This document shows, in pieces, positions 1 to 9,680 of a stretch of DNA of 64,000 nt. Source of the DNA: a virus; the IMG/VR virus record IMGVR_UViG_3300048930_000528, positions 1-64,000 of that record; one strand, given 5' to 3'. Below the pieces are notes generated by a model. It ran no database searches, was not told the origin of the DNA, and saw only the letters and a program-made list of their open reading frames with translations. The first letter of the stretch is position 1. Each line of letters opens with the position of its first letter. The translations under genes were made by a program, and so were the position numbers.

Positions 1-535
1 AGTCTGCCGTCGCCCGCGCCGTGGACTCCACGGCGATTGCCGCGAAGATGCTGCCCGAAGGTCCGGTCAGCGCCGCTGACACGACGGAGCTGGCGATAGC
101 TGTGGCCCCAGCCGAATCCACGTAGGCCGATTCGATGGTGCCGACCCGCGCCAAAAGCCCCGTGGTGGGCGTCTGCACTTGCGTCTCCAGCGTCGTCGTC
201 CGAATCGCCAGCGCATCGTAGTCGCCCACGACCGCCTCAATCTCCAGCGTGATGCTGGCCAGCGCATTGTCGTTCTCGACCTTGTACTGGCTGAACTGCT
301 GGTTGAGCGTCCCCAGTCCGGTGATGGCGTCGTTGAGCGGGAACGCCACCTCGTCCTTGTCCACCTGGATCGACCGCACCGCCTTGCGCCAGCGGTCGCG
401 GAAGTCTGTTTCCCACCTGACCAAGTCAGGGAATCGGTCACGCACATCGCGCGGGAAGTCCGGCAGCAGGTCCGCCGGCAACGGAAGCGTGGTCGGAGTC
501 GGCTGCGGGATCTGCGTGGTGTCCCGAATGGGCAT
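1..535 (-). CDS. Partial tail/tail-fibre-associated protein (runs off left edge)
   Basis: ATG at 535 overlaps stop of 535..2442; open frame MPIRDTTQIPQP...VESTARATAD to window edge; not in ORF track. Confidence 0.7.
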   Translation of the reverse strand, partial: MPIRDTTQIPQPTPTTLPLPADLLPDFPRDVRDRFPDLVRWETDFRDRWRKAVRSIQVDKDEVAFPLNDAITGLGTLNQQFSQYKVENDNALASITLEIEAVVGDYDALAIRTTTLETQVQTPTTGLLARVGTIESAYVDSAGATAIASSVVSAALTGPSGSIFAAIAVESTARATAD

Positions 536-2442
536 CAGAGTCGGATGCGCTGGTTGGCCCGCGAGCGTACAGGCGCCACCTCAAGCGAGCGTTGGGTGAA
601 GAGGAGGTTCATGTTGTCCGTCGTCGTGACGGAGATTTCGTCCTGAAACCACGTGTTCTTGTAGAGGGCCGGGATGAAGCCCTTCCCCTTTGGGTTCTCG
701 ATCGTGCGGGTAAAGCGCAGCGTCGGCGCCTTGGCCGGGTCGCTCGTCGAGTAGAGCTTGATGGTTACGTCCGGGTCGCCGGAGCCGGAAGCGAGCTGGA
801 TCAGGTAGCCGCGGGCGTCGATCTCGCCGAGGAAGTCTCGCCGGTCCGGTGCCGGCCAGAGCGTCGAAAGGATACGCGCCGTGTAAGCAGCGCCGCGGCG
901 AAGGTAGGTGATCGCCTGATTCTCAACCCGCCCATACTGCACCAAGCTCCGCACCGAGGGGGCCGAGAGCACGGCCAGCAGCATCCACCGCGGGCCGATG
1001 ACGGCCGGGGCCGACGCGGGCTTATTCACAAAGCAGCCGGCAGTGTACGCCACGTCGATTGTGCTGACGCTGCCGAACTGGTAGTCGAAGGCGTAGACGT
1101 TGGTCGAGGTGCAGAACCACATTTCGCGCGTCGTCTGGTTGCGCAGGGCGAACGGGCGCCACGGGTCCGACTCCGAGACTGCCGAGAAGAATAGGTTCTT
1201 CGAGCGGTTCAGGATCTGCATGGGGCGCGGCTCGCCCAAGCCGTCAAAGGTGTACCACTCCGTGCCGCCAGCGAAGAGGTGGTAGTCGCCCGTCGGATTG
1301 CAGAGGGTGCGTGGGTAGCGCAGCATGCGGTCGCGCGCCTCCTTTGGCACATCGACTCGGCGGTAAACGAAGGGGGTTTCGCGGACGCCCGTGTACCGGC
1401 CGGTAAAGATGCACGTCTCCCGGTAGACGATGAGCTGTGTCCCCAGCTTCTCGGCAGCGAGGATGGCTGAGCCGTCGTCCTGGATGGCATTGCCACCGGA
1501 GAGGGAGGACAGGTCGCGGAACTGGGTGATGACGACGCGGAGCGGGTAGGTAAGCGCCGGGTCCGAGCCGGTCGTTGACCACGTGACATCGAGCCCGTCG
1601 ATGTCGGTGACGGGTGCCCCGTCCTCGATGCCGATCTGCCCGCCGATGGTTCCGCCGTTGAGGCCGGCTCCGATGATGGCGATCTTGGCGCCGACGGAAA
1701 GCGTTTCCGCGGACACGGCGTAGTCCAACGTAGCCTCCATGCCGGCGGCGGTGATCGTTGCCGGGATCTGCACGGCCCACCGGCGCGGGTCGCCGAACTC
1801 GGACCAGATATTCTTGTACGTGATCCGGTTCGTCAGGTTCGAGGCAACCAGCCCGTAAGGGGTGCCTCCGTTGAGTATGTCGGCCAACTCGTCCTCGATG
1901 ATCTCCGTGATGTCAAAGCAGTGCAGGAAGCTGTTGAACTCGTATATGAATCCGACGGAGGCTACGCCTGCCTCGCGCAGTGCGTAGATGGGTACGACGG
2001 CCGAGTCCTCGTGGCGGAAGGTGAAGGGAAGGTCCACCGCGTTGTTGAAGACAAGGTACCCGTTGAGCGAGGCCACCTGCCACGGGCGTCCAGCGGTCGA
2101 GTAGCCTGACCCAATGGTCTGCCACGTAGCCGACGAGTAGACGTAGCGGTAAACGTGGGTCTTGGTCGCAGCGATGACGCTTCGGTCTCCGTTGGGGCGG
2201 ACAACCTCAGCGATGAGCGTTATCTCCGATGCTACGTCGAGTGCCTGCGTTCCCTGCGGCAGGTCTGCATTGGGGCGGAAAAGCAGGTCGCCCTCGCGCA
2301 GGCCTTCCTGATCTTGTTCGTACCTGCGCCAGTTCTCCTTAACAATGTAGGCAGCATCACCTGCGTTCTCCAGCGAGGGAACGGTGGCTAGCTGGCCGCC
2401 GTCAGCGACCTTGAGGTCATAGGTGTTGGGTCGCTGTGGCAT
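535..2442 (-). CDS. Probable tail tubular/nozzle (head-closure) beta-propeller protein, 635 aa
   Basis: Size, beta-rich repeats, NIWSEFGDPRRW motif typical of P22 gp10/T7 gp12-like proteins, position in virion module. Confidence 0.6.
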   Translation of the reverse strand: MPQRPNTYDLKVADGGQLATVPSLENAGDAAYIVKENWRRYEQDQEGLREGDLLFRPNADLPQGTQALDVASEITLIAEVVRPNGDRSVIAATKTHVYRYVYSSATWQTIGSGYSTAGRPWQVASLNGYLVFNNAVDLPFTFRHEDSAVVPIYALREAGVASVGFIYEFNSFLHCFDITEIIEDELADILNGGTPYGLVASNLTNRITYKNIWSEFGDPRRWAVQIPATITAAGMEATLDYAVSAETLSVGAKIAIIGAGLNGGTIGGQIGIEDGAPVTDIDGLDVTWSTTGSDPALTYPLRVVITQFRDLSSLSGGNAIQDDGSAILAAEKLGTQLIVYRETCIFTGRYTGVRETPFVYRRVDVPKEARDRMLRYPRTLCNPTGDYHLFAGGTEWYTFDGLGEPRPMQILNRSKNLFFSAVSESDPWRPFALRNQTTREMWFCTSTNVYAFDYQFGSVSTIDVAYTAGCFVNKPASAPAVIGPRWMLLAVLSAPSVRSLVQYGRVENQAITYLRRGAAYTARILSTLWPAPDRRDFLGEIDARGYLIQLASGSGDPDVTIKLYSTSDPAKAPTLRFTRTIENPKGKGFIPALYKNTWFQDEISVTTTDNMNLLFTQRSLEVAPVRSRANQRIRL

Positions 2443-2458
2443 GGAGTGGTCACAGGCG

Positions 2459-2674
2459 TCAGGCCTTCGGGTCTTCCTTGCTCACTGATGCGGCAGGGTC
2501 CGGCCGCTTCAGGTCGTCGCCCTTCGCAGCCTCGATCTCCTTGCGCATGGTGGCCTGCAATTCGTCGAGCAGGGCGATGGCTCCGGCGCAGGCGTTGGCC
2601 TGGGCGAGGTGGTTGCGCTTTTCGGATTCGAGCTGGGCGCGGCGGGCGGTGATGAATTGTTCGTCGATGGGCAT
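2459..2674 (-). CDS. Small coiled-coil hypothetical protein
   Basis: ATG at 2674 preceded by GAGGT RBS; helical heptad pattern. Confidence 0.7.
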   Translation of the reverse strand: MPIDEQFITARRAQLESEKRNHLAQANACAGAIALLDELQATMRKEIEAAKGDDLKRPDPAASVSKEDPKA

Positions 2675-2711
2675 GGTAACCTCAAAGCAGGGGTGACACG
2701 CGGGGTCAAGG

Positions 2712-3005
2712 TCAGCGGGCGGTCCGCTCAATGAGCCGGTCGAGCTTGGCGCTGACCTCCGCCACGGCCTTCTCCACGCGGGTGATCTGCTGGCCCGTGT
2801 AGCCCTGCGCTGCTGCGTACTCGATGCGAGGCACGAGCGTTTCGAGGCGGGCGGCCTGCTCGCGCTTGGCCTCTTCCAGCGCGTTTACGCGCTGCTCCAT
2901 GCGGCCCTCGCGGGCGCCGAAGTGAAGGATGTTCCCGACGATAGCGATAAGCGCGACGACGGTCGGTAGCCAGCGGGACACGGATTCTTTGGAAGGTGCG
3001 GTCAT
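2712..3005 (-). CDS. Single-TM coiled-coil protein (lysis-cassette type)
   Basis: N-terminal hydrophobic helix WLPTVVALIAIVGNILHF followed by coiled coil. Confidence 0.6.
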   Translation of the reverse strand: MTAPSKESVSRWLPTVVALIAIVGNILHFGAREGRMEQRVNALEEAKREQAARLETLVPRIEYAAAQGYTGQQITRVEKAVAEVSAKLDRLIERTAR

Positions 3006-3011
3006 GGAAGG

Positions 3012-3440
3012 TCACTTCGCCACGCCCGCGCCGAAGTAGAAGCCGGCGATGGCGGAGGCCATTTGCGTGTGGATAGGGAGGAGGACGAAGCCGTCGAGGC
3101 GGACGAACTTGAGCTGGTCGAGAGACGAGCCAAAGAACCAGAAGCCGCCCTTGGCCTCGGAGTAGGCGTAGAAGATCGGCACCTCGGGGAACCAGGCCGC
3201 GAGAATGAAGGGCGCGAGGAAGACGGTGAAGAGCACGACCACCACCATGGCGCGCCGGGCAAGCGGGCCTCCGGTGCCCCCGCGCTTGTCGGCAGCGTCG
3301 GAGGAGGCATCCATGACGCCGACCTTTGCGGCGAGGAGGTCGAGTTCGTGGCGGCGGTTCTCCATCCGCGCCTTCCAGAGTTTGAGCAGGCCGCCGAGGA
3401 GCGACCCGCCGAGCATGGTGATGATTTCAGGGGTGAACAC
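3012..3440 (-). CDS. Putative holin-like membrane protein
   Basis: Three hydrophobic segments, ends AIAGFYFG as in 3TM phage holin-like proteins. Confidence 0.5.
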   Translation of the reverse strand: MFTPEIITMLGGSLLGGLLKLWKARMENRRHELDLLAAKVGVMDASSDAADKRGGTGGPLARRAMVVVVLFTVFLAPFILAAWFPEVPIFYAYSEAKGGFWFFGSSLDQLKFVRLDGFVLLPIHTQMASAIAGFYFGAGVAK

Positions 3441-4224
3441 GGCGGGCCTCCGGGCGTACGTGGATGATGGATACGGGGGATTGCTTCGGCGTCTTGGCCT
3501 CGGTCAGCTTGGCCGGGGCCGCCGGCACGTGGTAGGGCAGGTCTGGCTTGCGGAGCGACGAGCAACCGGCGGCGCCGAGCATGAGGCAAATCGGCAGGCC
3601 GATCTTCTTCAGCCACGCGTACACCGCGGCGAAGATCCTGCGCAGCGAGCCCGGCAGGTAGTGCTTGCGCTTGAACCGCTGGCCTTGGCGGAGCCGGGGC
3701 GTGGTAGCATTGAGCCGCCGCCAAGTGATGGCCGTCTGGTCGTCCGTGCGCAGGTTGATGAAGACGCCCTCGGTGCGGGCCTGCGACTGGTCGGAGTGGT
3801 TGCCGAGGTCCACGTCCACCTCGCGACCGTGGCCGACCTGGATGCCGTTGAGGGTGATGTCCTTTGCGGTCTTGATCGTCGCGAGATGCTTGCCGTTGGG
3901 CACCCAGATCGTATCCGGGTCGCCAACGGTGATGTTTTCGACGCCGTCATTGAAATCGCCGCAGTCCTCACCGCTGCCGTGGATGCGCGGCGTGTGGACG
4001 TGAAGGTTGCGGATCTTGCCGGTGATCTTGAGTGTGTCGGAAGTACCGTCGGGCGGGATGAGCGCGGGCAGATAGACGTGCCGCATCCCGTGTTCGTCGG
4101 GCGCCATCCGGGCCATCACCCCCGGCGCCACCTCAACAGGCTCCTCGCCGAGCACGAAGCCGTTGCAGACGACGAGGTCGCCGTCGGGTACGATGCTGAT
4201 GAAATTCTTGTCTGGCTTGCTCAT
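3427..4224 (-). CDS. Hypothetical protein, beta-rich with internal lipobox-like segment
   Basis: 265-aa ORF coupled to neighbours; LMLGAAGC near C-terminus. Confidence 0.6.
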   Translation of the reverse strand: MSKPDKNFISIVPDGDLVVCNGFVLGEEPVEVAPGVMARMAPDEHGMRHVYLPALIPPDGTSDTLKITGKIRNLHVHTPRIHGSGEDCGDFNDGVENITVGDPDTIWVPNGKHLATIKTAKDITLNGIQVGHGREVDVDLGNHSDQSQARTEGVFINLRTDDQTAITWRRLNATTPRLRQGQRFKRKHYLPGSLRRIFAAVYAWLKKIGLPICLMLGAAGCSSLRKPDLPYHVPAAPAKLTEAKTPKQSPVSIIHVRPEARRVHP

Positions 4225-4346
4225 CGCGTTGGGTGCGTATAGCGGCTTCCGAGCTGCGGGCTTTGCTTAAGTTTCTTCGCCAGCCGGCGGGCGGCGCGCT
4301 GCATGTTGCGCCGGTCACGGAGGGTTTGTTTCGTGTCGGCGCTCAT
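4221..4346 (-). CDS. Small basic hypothetical protein (41 aa)
   Basis: ATGA overlaps at both ends with 4343..6031 and 3427..4224. Confidence 0.5.
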   Translation of the reverse strand: MSADTKQTLRDRRNMQRAARRLAKKLKQSPQLGSRYTHPTR

Positions 4347-6031
4347 CGGATCATCGTCAGCAGTTTGGCCCCGCGCCTGCGGCGGCCGGATGGGGCTGTA
4401 GGGGGTGGCGTCGGGTCGTTGACTGTGAGCGTCGCAACGGCGCTCGTGTCGCTGCCCTCGGAGTTGGTGACAACGCAATCATAGTCCGCGGCGTCGGACT
4501 CTTGGACGCTCGGGATAGTGTAGCTCGACGACGTTGCCCCGCTGATGGGCACGCCAGCCTTGCGCCATTGGTAGGTCGGGGCCGGGTTTCCGCTCGCGGT
4601 GACGGAGAAGGTAACGGACTGGCCTACCGTGCGGGTGGCGCTCGATGGGTCGCTGATGATGGTTGGCGCGACAGGTGACCCGCGCAGAGGATGTGGGTAC
4701 GTGTAGGGCGCGTAGCCGGGCTTGGGAGTTCCGCTGATTACGTCGCGCCCCTCCTGAATCCACCCACCCCCATTATTGCCAAGCACGATGCCGGAAATCG
4801 GCACCCCATCGCGGGTGTTGTCCCACTCATAAATCGGGTCAAGTTCTTGCGCGGGTCCCGGCTGGTCCCACACCCAAAACTCGCTGTCCTTTCCACGACC
4901 GGGCATGTCGCGCAGCGGATAGCCGTTGGTGATCTTGTATGAATCACCGCTCTCCCACTGGTTCTCTGCACCGCCGGACAGCGACGCGACGGTCACTGTT
5001 GTCTCGGTGTTCGCCGTGATCCGACCGAGGCTTCCGTCGGTCAGATTATAGACCGTGAAGTTTACGAACGCGCCCGGTGTCCACGCCTTACTGGAGTCGG
5101 TAAGCACCGTTCCCGACGTCCCCGCGCTGTGCGTGCCTGTACCGTTCGGGAGGGGCTCATTGCCGTCGCCGATGTTATCACCGTAGCGCAAAAGTTCGTT
5201 ATCGATGAACACCGTCGCGGGAGTCCAGTTGGTCCACCCGCCCGTAACGGTGTTGCCCCAGATGACAGCAGCACCTCCGCGCAGGCGGATAGGCGGGTCC
5301 TGCGCATCATTCCCCTCGTAGTGCAAGGTGTTGTTGTAGGCCTCGACAAGCCGGGTTCCACGCTCCCCGTTACTGGTAATGCCGTGGTTGTAAATGCTTC
5401 CGCCCGTAATGTCGCAGTAGCGAATGACGTAACGCCCGCCAAACTCAGCGTCAGTGATGTTGCCCTTGGTTCCAGCGGTATCAAATACGCAGTCCTCAAA
5501 GAACATAGTATTTGAAAGACCGAAGCCGACCACCTCATCTAGGTCCGCCCAAATACGTCTCCCAAAGGCCTGCGTTGTGGACGATGCAAGGTCCCCCTGC
5601 ATGATAACCCTCATGCTGATAAAGGTGCAATTCCATACAACTCCGGTAGGGTGCGGGTTATTCGTACCTCCGGTGGCCCGCACGGCGACGAGCTTGCGCG
5701 ACACTCCAGTGAACTTGCAGTTTGATACTTTATTTTCCCGACCCCGAAGGGTCAGCACAAACGCGCTATTGTTGACGTGGTCCAAGAAAAACTCGAATCC
5801 GTCAATCGAGGTCGTGATGTTATTCGACCACGCAAGAATTCCGGTGCCGGTGTGTCGAATGATCGTCTGACCTACCCCGGCCCCTTGAATGTGGATAGGT
5901 TTGCTGATTGTTACCCCGGATGACCACGTAGAGTCCCCAGCCGGCACGGACAAAGTATCGCCGTCTGCGCACGCATTGAGCGCTGCGACGAAGTCGTCTC
6001 GGTCTGTCGAATCTGCAACGATGGTGGGCAT
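4343..6031 (-). CDS. Parallel beta-helix (pectin-lyase-like) protein with C-terminal Ig-like domain; candidate depolymerase/tailspike
   Basis: GDTLSVPAG..ISKPIHIQGAG start typical of beta-helices; Ig I-set motif SVTFSVTASG..TYQWRK..DAADYDCVVTN. Confidence 0.7.
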   Translation of the reverse strand: MPTIVADSTDRDDFVAALNACADGDTLSVPAGDSTWSSGVTISKPIHIQGAGVGQTIIRHTGTGILAWSNNITTSIDGFEFFLDHVNNSAFVLTLRGRENKVSNCKFTGVSRKLVAVRATGGTNNPHPTGVVWNCTFISMRVIMQGDLASSTTQAFGRRIWADLDEVVGFGLSNTMFFEDCVFDTAGTKGNITDAEFGGRYVIRYCDITGGSIYNHGITSNGERGTRLVEAYNNTLHYEGNDAQDPPIRLRGGAAVIWGNTVTGGWTNWTPATVFIDNELLRYGDNIGDGNEPLPNGTGTHSAGTSGTVLTDSSKAWTPGAFVNFTVYNLTDGSLGRITANTETTVTVASLSGGAENQWESGDSYKITNGYPLRDMPGRGKDSEFWVWDQPGPAQELDPIYEWDNTRDGVPISGIVLGNNGGGWIQEGRDVISGTPKPGYAPYTYPHPLRGSPVAPTIISDPSSATRTVGQSVTFSVTASGNPAPTYQWRKAGVPISGATSSSYTIPSVQESDAADYDCVVTNSEGSDTSAVATLTVNDPTPPPTAPSGRRRRGAKLLTMIR

Positions 6032-7923
6032 TACGTGCCGTATGTATTGAATGCCCCCTTGTAGGCAGCGCCGCTAATCGTCCACGTTGAACCGTCGCTG
6101 GATCGGGAAACCCCCTGTCCGTTTGCCCACTCGCCGCGCCATTGGACGTAGTTCCCGCCGTTGATGATGCCCTCTTTATACACAGACAGGTGATACTTCA
6201 CCCCGATTGTAAGTGCATACCCAGCAAACTCGAATTGGTAGTAAGCGTTGGAGCTTGCCAGTGTCGCGCTATCTAGCGACGTGGTGGATGTAGCGAGCAC
6301 GGTTCCGGGCTTGCCCGTGCCATCATCTGCGTGCAGCCGCAAAGTGATAAGGCCGGTATTGAGATTGTTTCGTCTCAGGAAGAGATCGGCCCGCGTAAGC
6401 GTGTACGACGAACCCGCGATCCATGCCGTCGAGATGTATTCGCGACCCGACGCATTAAAGCATTGGTTGTCGTTAACGTCTCCGGTGATGGTGTCCTTGA
6501 GCGTTGCCCCATCCGCCTGCTCAGAGCTGTTCGTAACAGCCCCACCAGTGAAGGTCGCGAGCGCGAGTGAGTTGTCGACTGCCGCTGCATCACCAACCCC
6601 TGAGTCGTATGCAAGCGTTGCCGTCTCGACCTCGGTGATTACGCGCCCAATGCTGAAGGTCCACGTAGAGGTCTCGTCACCCGACACGTAGGTCAGCCCC
6701 GCAGCCCCGCCGCTCGGCGTAAGCGTGAACCCGCTTCCGTCGCCTGTGACGGCCTTGCTAAACACGACCTCCAGCGTCTCGCCGTCCGCGAGGATTTCCG
6801 CACTCACTACCGTTGGCGCAAGACCCGCCGTGCGCTTGACCCACGTCAGGCCGGTCGGCGCTTCTGCGGACAGATCTTCCGTGCCCTCGGTGCCGTCGGC
6901 GACGTAGAAGCTGGCGGGAAGGCTTCCGAGGTTCGCGGTCTCCCAGAGAATGTAAGAACCATCCGGAACCGCCGCAGCGTTCGCGTGCGTCTCCGCCGCC
7001 AGCTTGAGCTGCGCGGGCGTCGGCACCTTGGGCGTTGTACTCGTGCCCGCAGTGACCTCGCCGTCGGTCATGTTCTCCGGGTTCGGAGTCTCATGCGTCT
7101 CGACGGCCAGCTTAAGCTGGGCTGCTGAAGGCGTCTTGTGGGTCGTGCTGGTCCCGGTCGTTACGTCGGAATCCTCCATCTCGGGAGGCGCGTCGCTCAC
7201 CGGATCGCCAAGCACCGCCCAACGGCTCGCCTCGCGACGAAAGCCAAGCGTAAGCGAATCACCCGCCGGCACCACGTACTGGGTGATGTTGCCGCCGCGC
7301 GCCTCGCTGTACGCGCTCGGCAGCGTGACGGTGTGGTCCTCGCTGTCGGTGTTGCGTAGGACCAGAACGAACTCGATGCCAGTAGTCGTCGCGCTGAAAG
7401 TGAGTGTCGCGGGCGCGCTGATCGACTTCGCGGAACGTGGCTGCGTGACATCGACTTCCGTGCCGGACACGACGGTCTCGGCGATCACGGGGGCGCCTGT
7501 GTGGTTCGCGCGTTGCACCGCTGCTGCTTGCGCCGCGTCCGCCTTGGCCTGCGCACCCGTGGGCGTTTCCTTCGCTGCAAGGTCCGCCACCAGGTTCGCC
7601 ACCTTCGACTGCGCGATGGCGGCGTCGGCGGCGACTTTGGCATTCGTCACGCTTCCGTCGTCGGGGGTCCCGCCGTCCAGCGACTCGCCAATGATTGCCT
7701 CGATCTTGGCCTTGGTGTCGATGTCGGAAAGTTCGAGCTTGGCAGCCAGCGCAGCCACCAGCCCCGACACGTCGCTCTGAGAAAGGCCCTCCTTCACGAA
7801 AGCCTTGAGCACCGACAACACCAGCCGGCGCTCGGCGCCAATCTGGTCGCCGCGCACGAGGACCACCTCGTCCGTATCGACCGGCGTGGTCTCAGCATTC
7901 AGTTCCGGGAATGTCTTGGCCAT
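6031..7923 (-). CDS. Tail fibre protein, 630 aa
   Basis: Fibre repeats (SDVSGLVAALAAK / SKVANLVADLAAK; DGSVTNAK; RANHTG) and a tandem ~35-aa repeat (VTTGTSTT..P..AQLKLA.ETH). Confidence 0.7.
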   Translation of the reverse strand: MAKTFPELNAETTPVDTDEVVLVRGDQIGAERRLVLSVLKAFVKEGLSQSDVSGLVAALAAKLELSDIDTKAKIEAIIGESLDGGTPDDGSVTNAKVAADAAIAQSKVANLVADLAAKETPTGAQAKADAAQAAAVQRANHTGAPVIAETVVSGTEVDVTQPRSAKSISAPATLTFSATTTGIEFVLVLRNTDSEDHTVTLPSAYSEARGGNITQYVVPAGDSLTLGFRREASRWAVLGDPVSDAPPEMEDSDVTTGTSTTHKTPSAAQLKLAVETHETPNPENMTDGEVTAGTSTTPKVPTPAQLKLAAETHANAAAVPDGSYILWETANLGSLPASFYVADGTEGTEDLSAEAPTGLTWVKRTAGLAPTVVSAEILADGETLEVVFSKAVTGDGSGFTLTPSGGAAGLTYVSGDETSTWTFSIGRVITEVETATLAYDSGVGDAAAVDNSLALATFTGGAVTNSSEQADGATLKDTITGDVNDNQCFNASGREYISTAWIAGSSYTLTRADLFLRRNNLNTGLITLRLHADDGTGKPGTVLATSTTSLDSATLASSNAYYQFEFAGYALTIGVKYHLSVYKEGIINGGNYVQWRGEWANGQGVSRSSDGSTWTISGAAYKGAFNTYGT

Positions 7924-8168
7924 CAGTAGATCGGGGTGTAGGGCGTGGTCTCAATCGGCTCCCCGCCGACGAGGGTCAGTGACTCGCCACCGACAAGCGT
8001 GAATGCCTCGGGCGCAGGGATAACCTGGCCCACTGTTCCAAAGATCACCTTGGGCTTGCGCCACGAGATCTCCGCCCTCAGCGGACTCCACGAAAGGCGC
8101 ACAGTCAGCCGCGGCGCCGCCATGACGGACGGGGCGATGAACTGCGGTTCTCCGAGGACGACGCTCAT
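7923..8168 (-). CDS. Small virion-module hypothetical protein
   Basis: RBS GAGGT, stop overlaps start of tail fibre gene. Confidence 0.6.
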   Translation of the reverse strand: MSVVLGEPQFIAPSVMAAPRLTVRLSWSPLRAEISWRKPKVIFGTVGQVIPAPEAFTLVGGESLTLVGGEPIETTPYTPIY

Positions 8169-8181
8169 GGTGTAACCTCAA

Positions 8182-8598
8182 TTACGGGGTGACCTCCGGG
8201 ATGACAACGAAGAATCCGCGGTAGATCGTCTGGATGTAGCCGGTCGGCCGCTGGACTTGGATGTCGAAGAAGTAGCGCCGGCCGGGCTCGAGCTTCCGGG
8301 TGTCGGCCTCCTCAAGCAGGATGTGGCCGATGCCGATGGCAGGCGCGGTCAACTCGATGCCGTTCGCCGTGGAGAGTCGCTTCGCAATCAGCGCACCGCC
8401 GGAAAGGATTTCCTTCACTGTGAACCACACGTCATAGCCGGTGATGTCCACGGGATCACTGGCGTCGTCGAGGATCTGGAAAATGATTGGCTCGGTGTCG
8501 CCCATGCCCCACTCGATGGTGGGACCGAAGCCGCCGCCGTTGGCCGGGAACGTGGTGGCCCCAATGGGATTGCTGGTTGGTGCGGTGGGTGTGCTCAT
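8182..8598 (-). CDS. BppU-N-like fibre/baseplate adaptor domain protein
   Basis: GDT..FQI...PVDITG..WFTVK..YFFDIQV pattern; ATGA overlap with upstream gene. Confidence 0.6.
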   Translation of the reverse strand: MSTPTAPTSNPIGATTFPANGGGFGPTIEWGMGDTEPIIFQILDDASDPVDITGYDVWFTVKEILSGGALIAKRLSTANGIELTAPAIGIGHILLEEADTRKLEPGRRYFFDIQVQRPTGYIQTIYRGFFVVIPEVTP

Positions 8599-9227
8599 CG
8601 GGTTACCTCCGTCATTTCCTTTGCGCCCAGGTACAGGCCTTGGCGCTTGGTGAGCCAGTCGCGCTCGTACGTCTGCCACGACTGGAGATCGTTGTCAGAG
8701 CGGCGGGCCAACTCCGATTTCACGTACAGGGCGATCGCCTCGGCCTCGCGCAGGCCAAACTTCGGCAAGCCGTCGCCGTCGGCGAAGGTGCTTTTGATTC
8801 CGTCCCACACGATGACCAAGCGGCGGTCGGCCTGCACGTAGGGCGACACGTAGAAGATCCCGCCCCATCCTGCGATGGCAATGGCGCCGTTCTCCCGCCC
8901 CCCGCGGATCAGGGAGTAGCGGTCGGCAAAAGACACTGAGGCGAGATCCGTCCGTCCGGTCTCGTTTCCATCGGCGTCGAGCGAAGCGATGTAGGCCTCG
9001 CGCGGACGGGCGCGGTCGGGAAGCGTGCCGCGGGATGCCAGCCCTTCAACCACGAGGTCGCTCTGCTGGTAGATCGCCTCCAGTCCCTCGCGGTAGTACG
9101 GCACAAGCTCCTGAATGCTCGTGAGCGCCGCCTCGATCAGCCGGTCGATAAACGTCTGCGCGCCCTCCCGCTCCGCATCGACGGGCAGGAACTCACGGAC
9201 GAGTGCCTTGAATTGGGACCAGGTCAT
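8595..9227 (-). CDS. Probable head-tail adaptor protein, 210 aa
   Basis: Size, helical N- and C-termini, position after capsid genes. Confidence 0.5.
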   Translation of the reverse strand: MTWSQFKALVREFLPVDAEREGAQTFIDRLIEAALTSIQELVPYYREGLEAIYQQSDLVVEGLASRGTLPDRARPREAYIASLDADGNETGRTDLASVSFADRYSLIRGGRENGAIAIAGWGGIFYVSPYVQADRRLVIVWDGIKSTFADGDGLPKFGLREAEAIALYVKSELARRSDNDLQSWQTYERDWLTKRQGLYLGAKEMTEVTR

Positions 9228-9653
9228 CTGCGCTTCGGTGATTCTTCGGCCAGTTCAACAGGCGGAGCCTGTCGTGTGGTGCGGATTGCTACGGATTCAG
9301 GTGCCGCGGGCTCGGCCGGCTTCTTAGCGTCGGCGACTTGTTGCGGAGTAAGGGTGCGTCCCGCACGATCGGCAATTGCTGCCCGGGGCGGAGGAGACGG
9401 CTGGCTGTTGCGCGGCGAGGGTGCGAAGGAACTGACTTCCTTCCTCGGATTTTTTTTTTGCCTCCTCGTACTCGGAGGAGGTGATCTCGCTGACCTGCGG
9501 GATGCCGGCCGCAGCCAGGGTGCTCGCAGCAGGTTCCCCCACTGCGAGCACCCCAAGCCACGAGCCACCGACGTTAGCAACGGGCTCGAAAGTAAACACC
9601 AGCCCGCCAGTCTTGTACTGGCGGCTGGCGTTGGTGGTCTTGAAGTACCTCAT
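9224..9653 (-). CDS. Capsid-adjacent protein (MRYFKTTNA...), split by an A10 run; frame 0 stops at 9324, +1 frame stops at 9224
   Basis: T10 at 9450-9459 on plus strand; +1 frame ends in ATGA overlap with the next gene. Confidence 0.6.
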
Positions 9654-9680
9654 CACGTCGGGATCAGGTAGCCCTCAAGC

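Noticed and set aside
4343-7923. Diversity-generating retroelement acting on tail fibre
   Set aside because: No reverse transcriptase and no template/variable repeat pair seen in the window.
2676-8609. Recurring GTAACCTC/GTTACCTC motif (2676, 8172, 8602) as operator
   Set aside because: On the coding strand it is GAGGT just upstream of ATG, i.e. a Shine-Dalgarno sequence.
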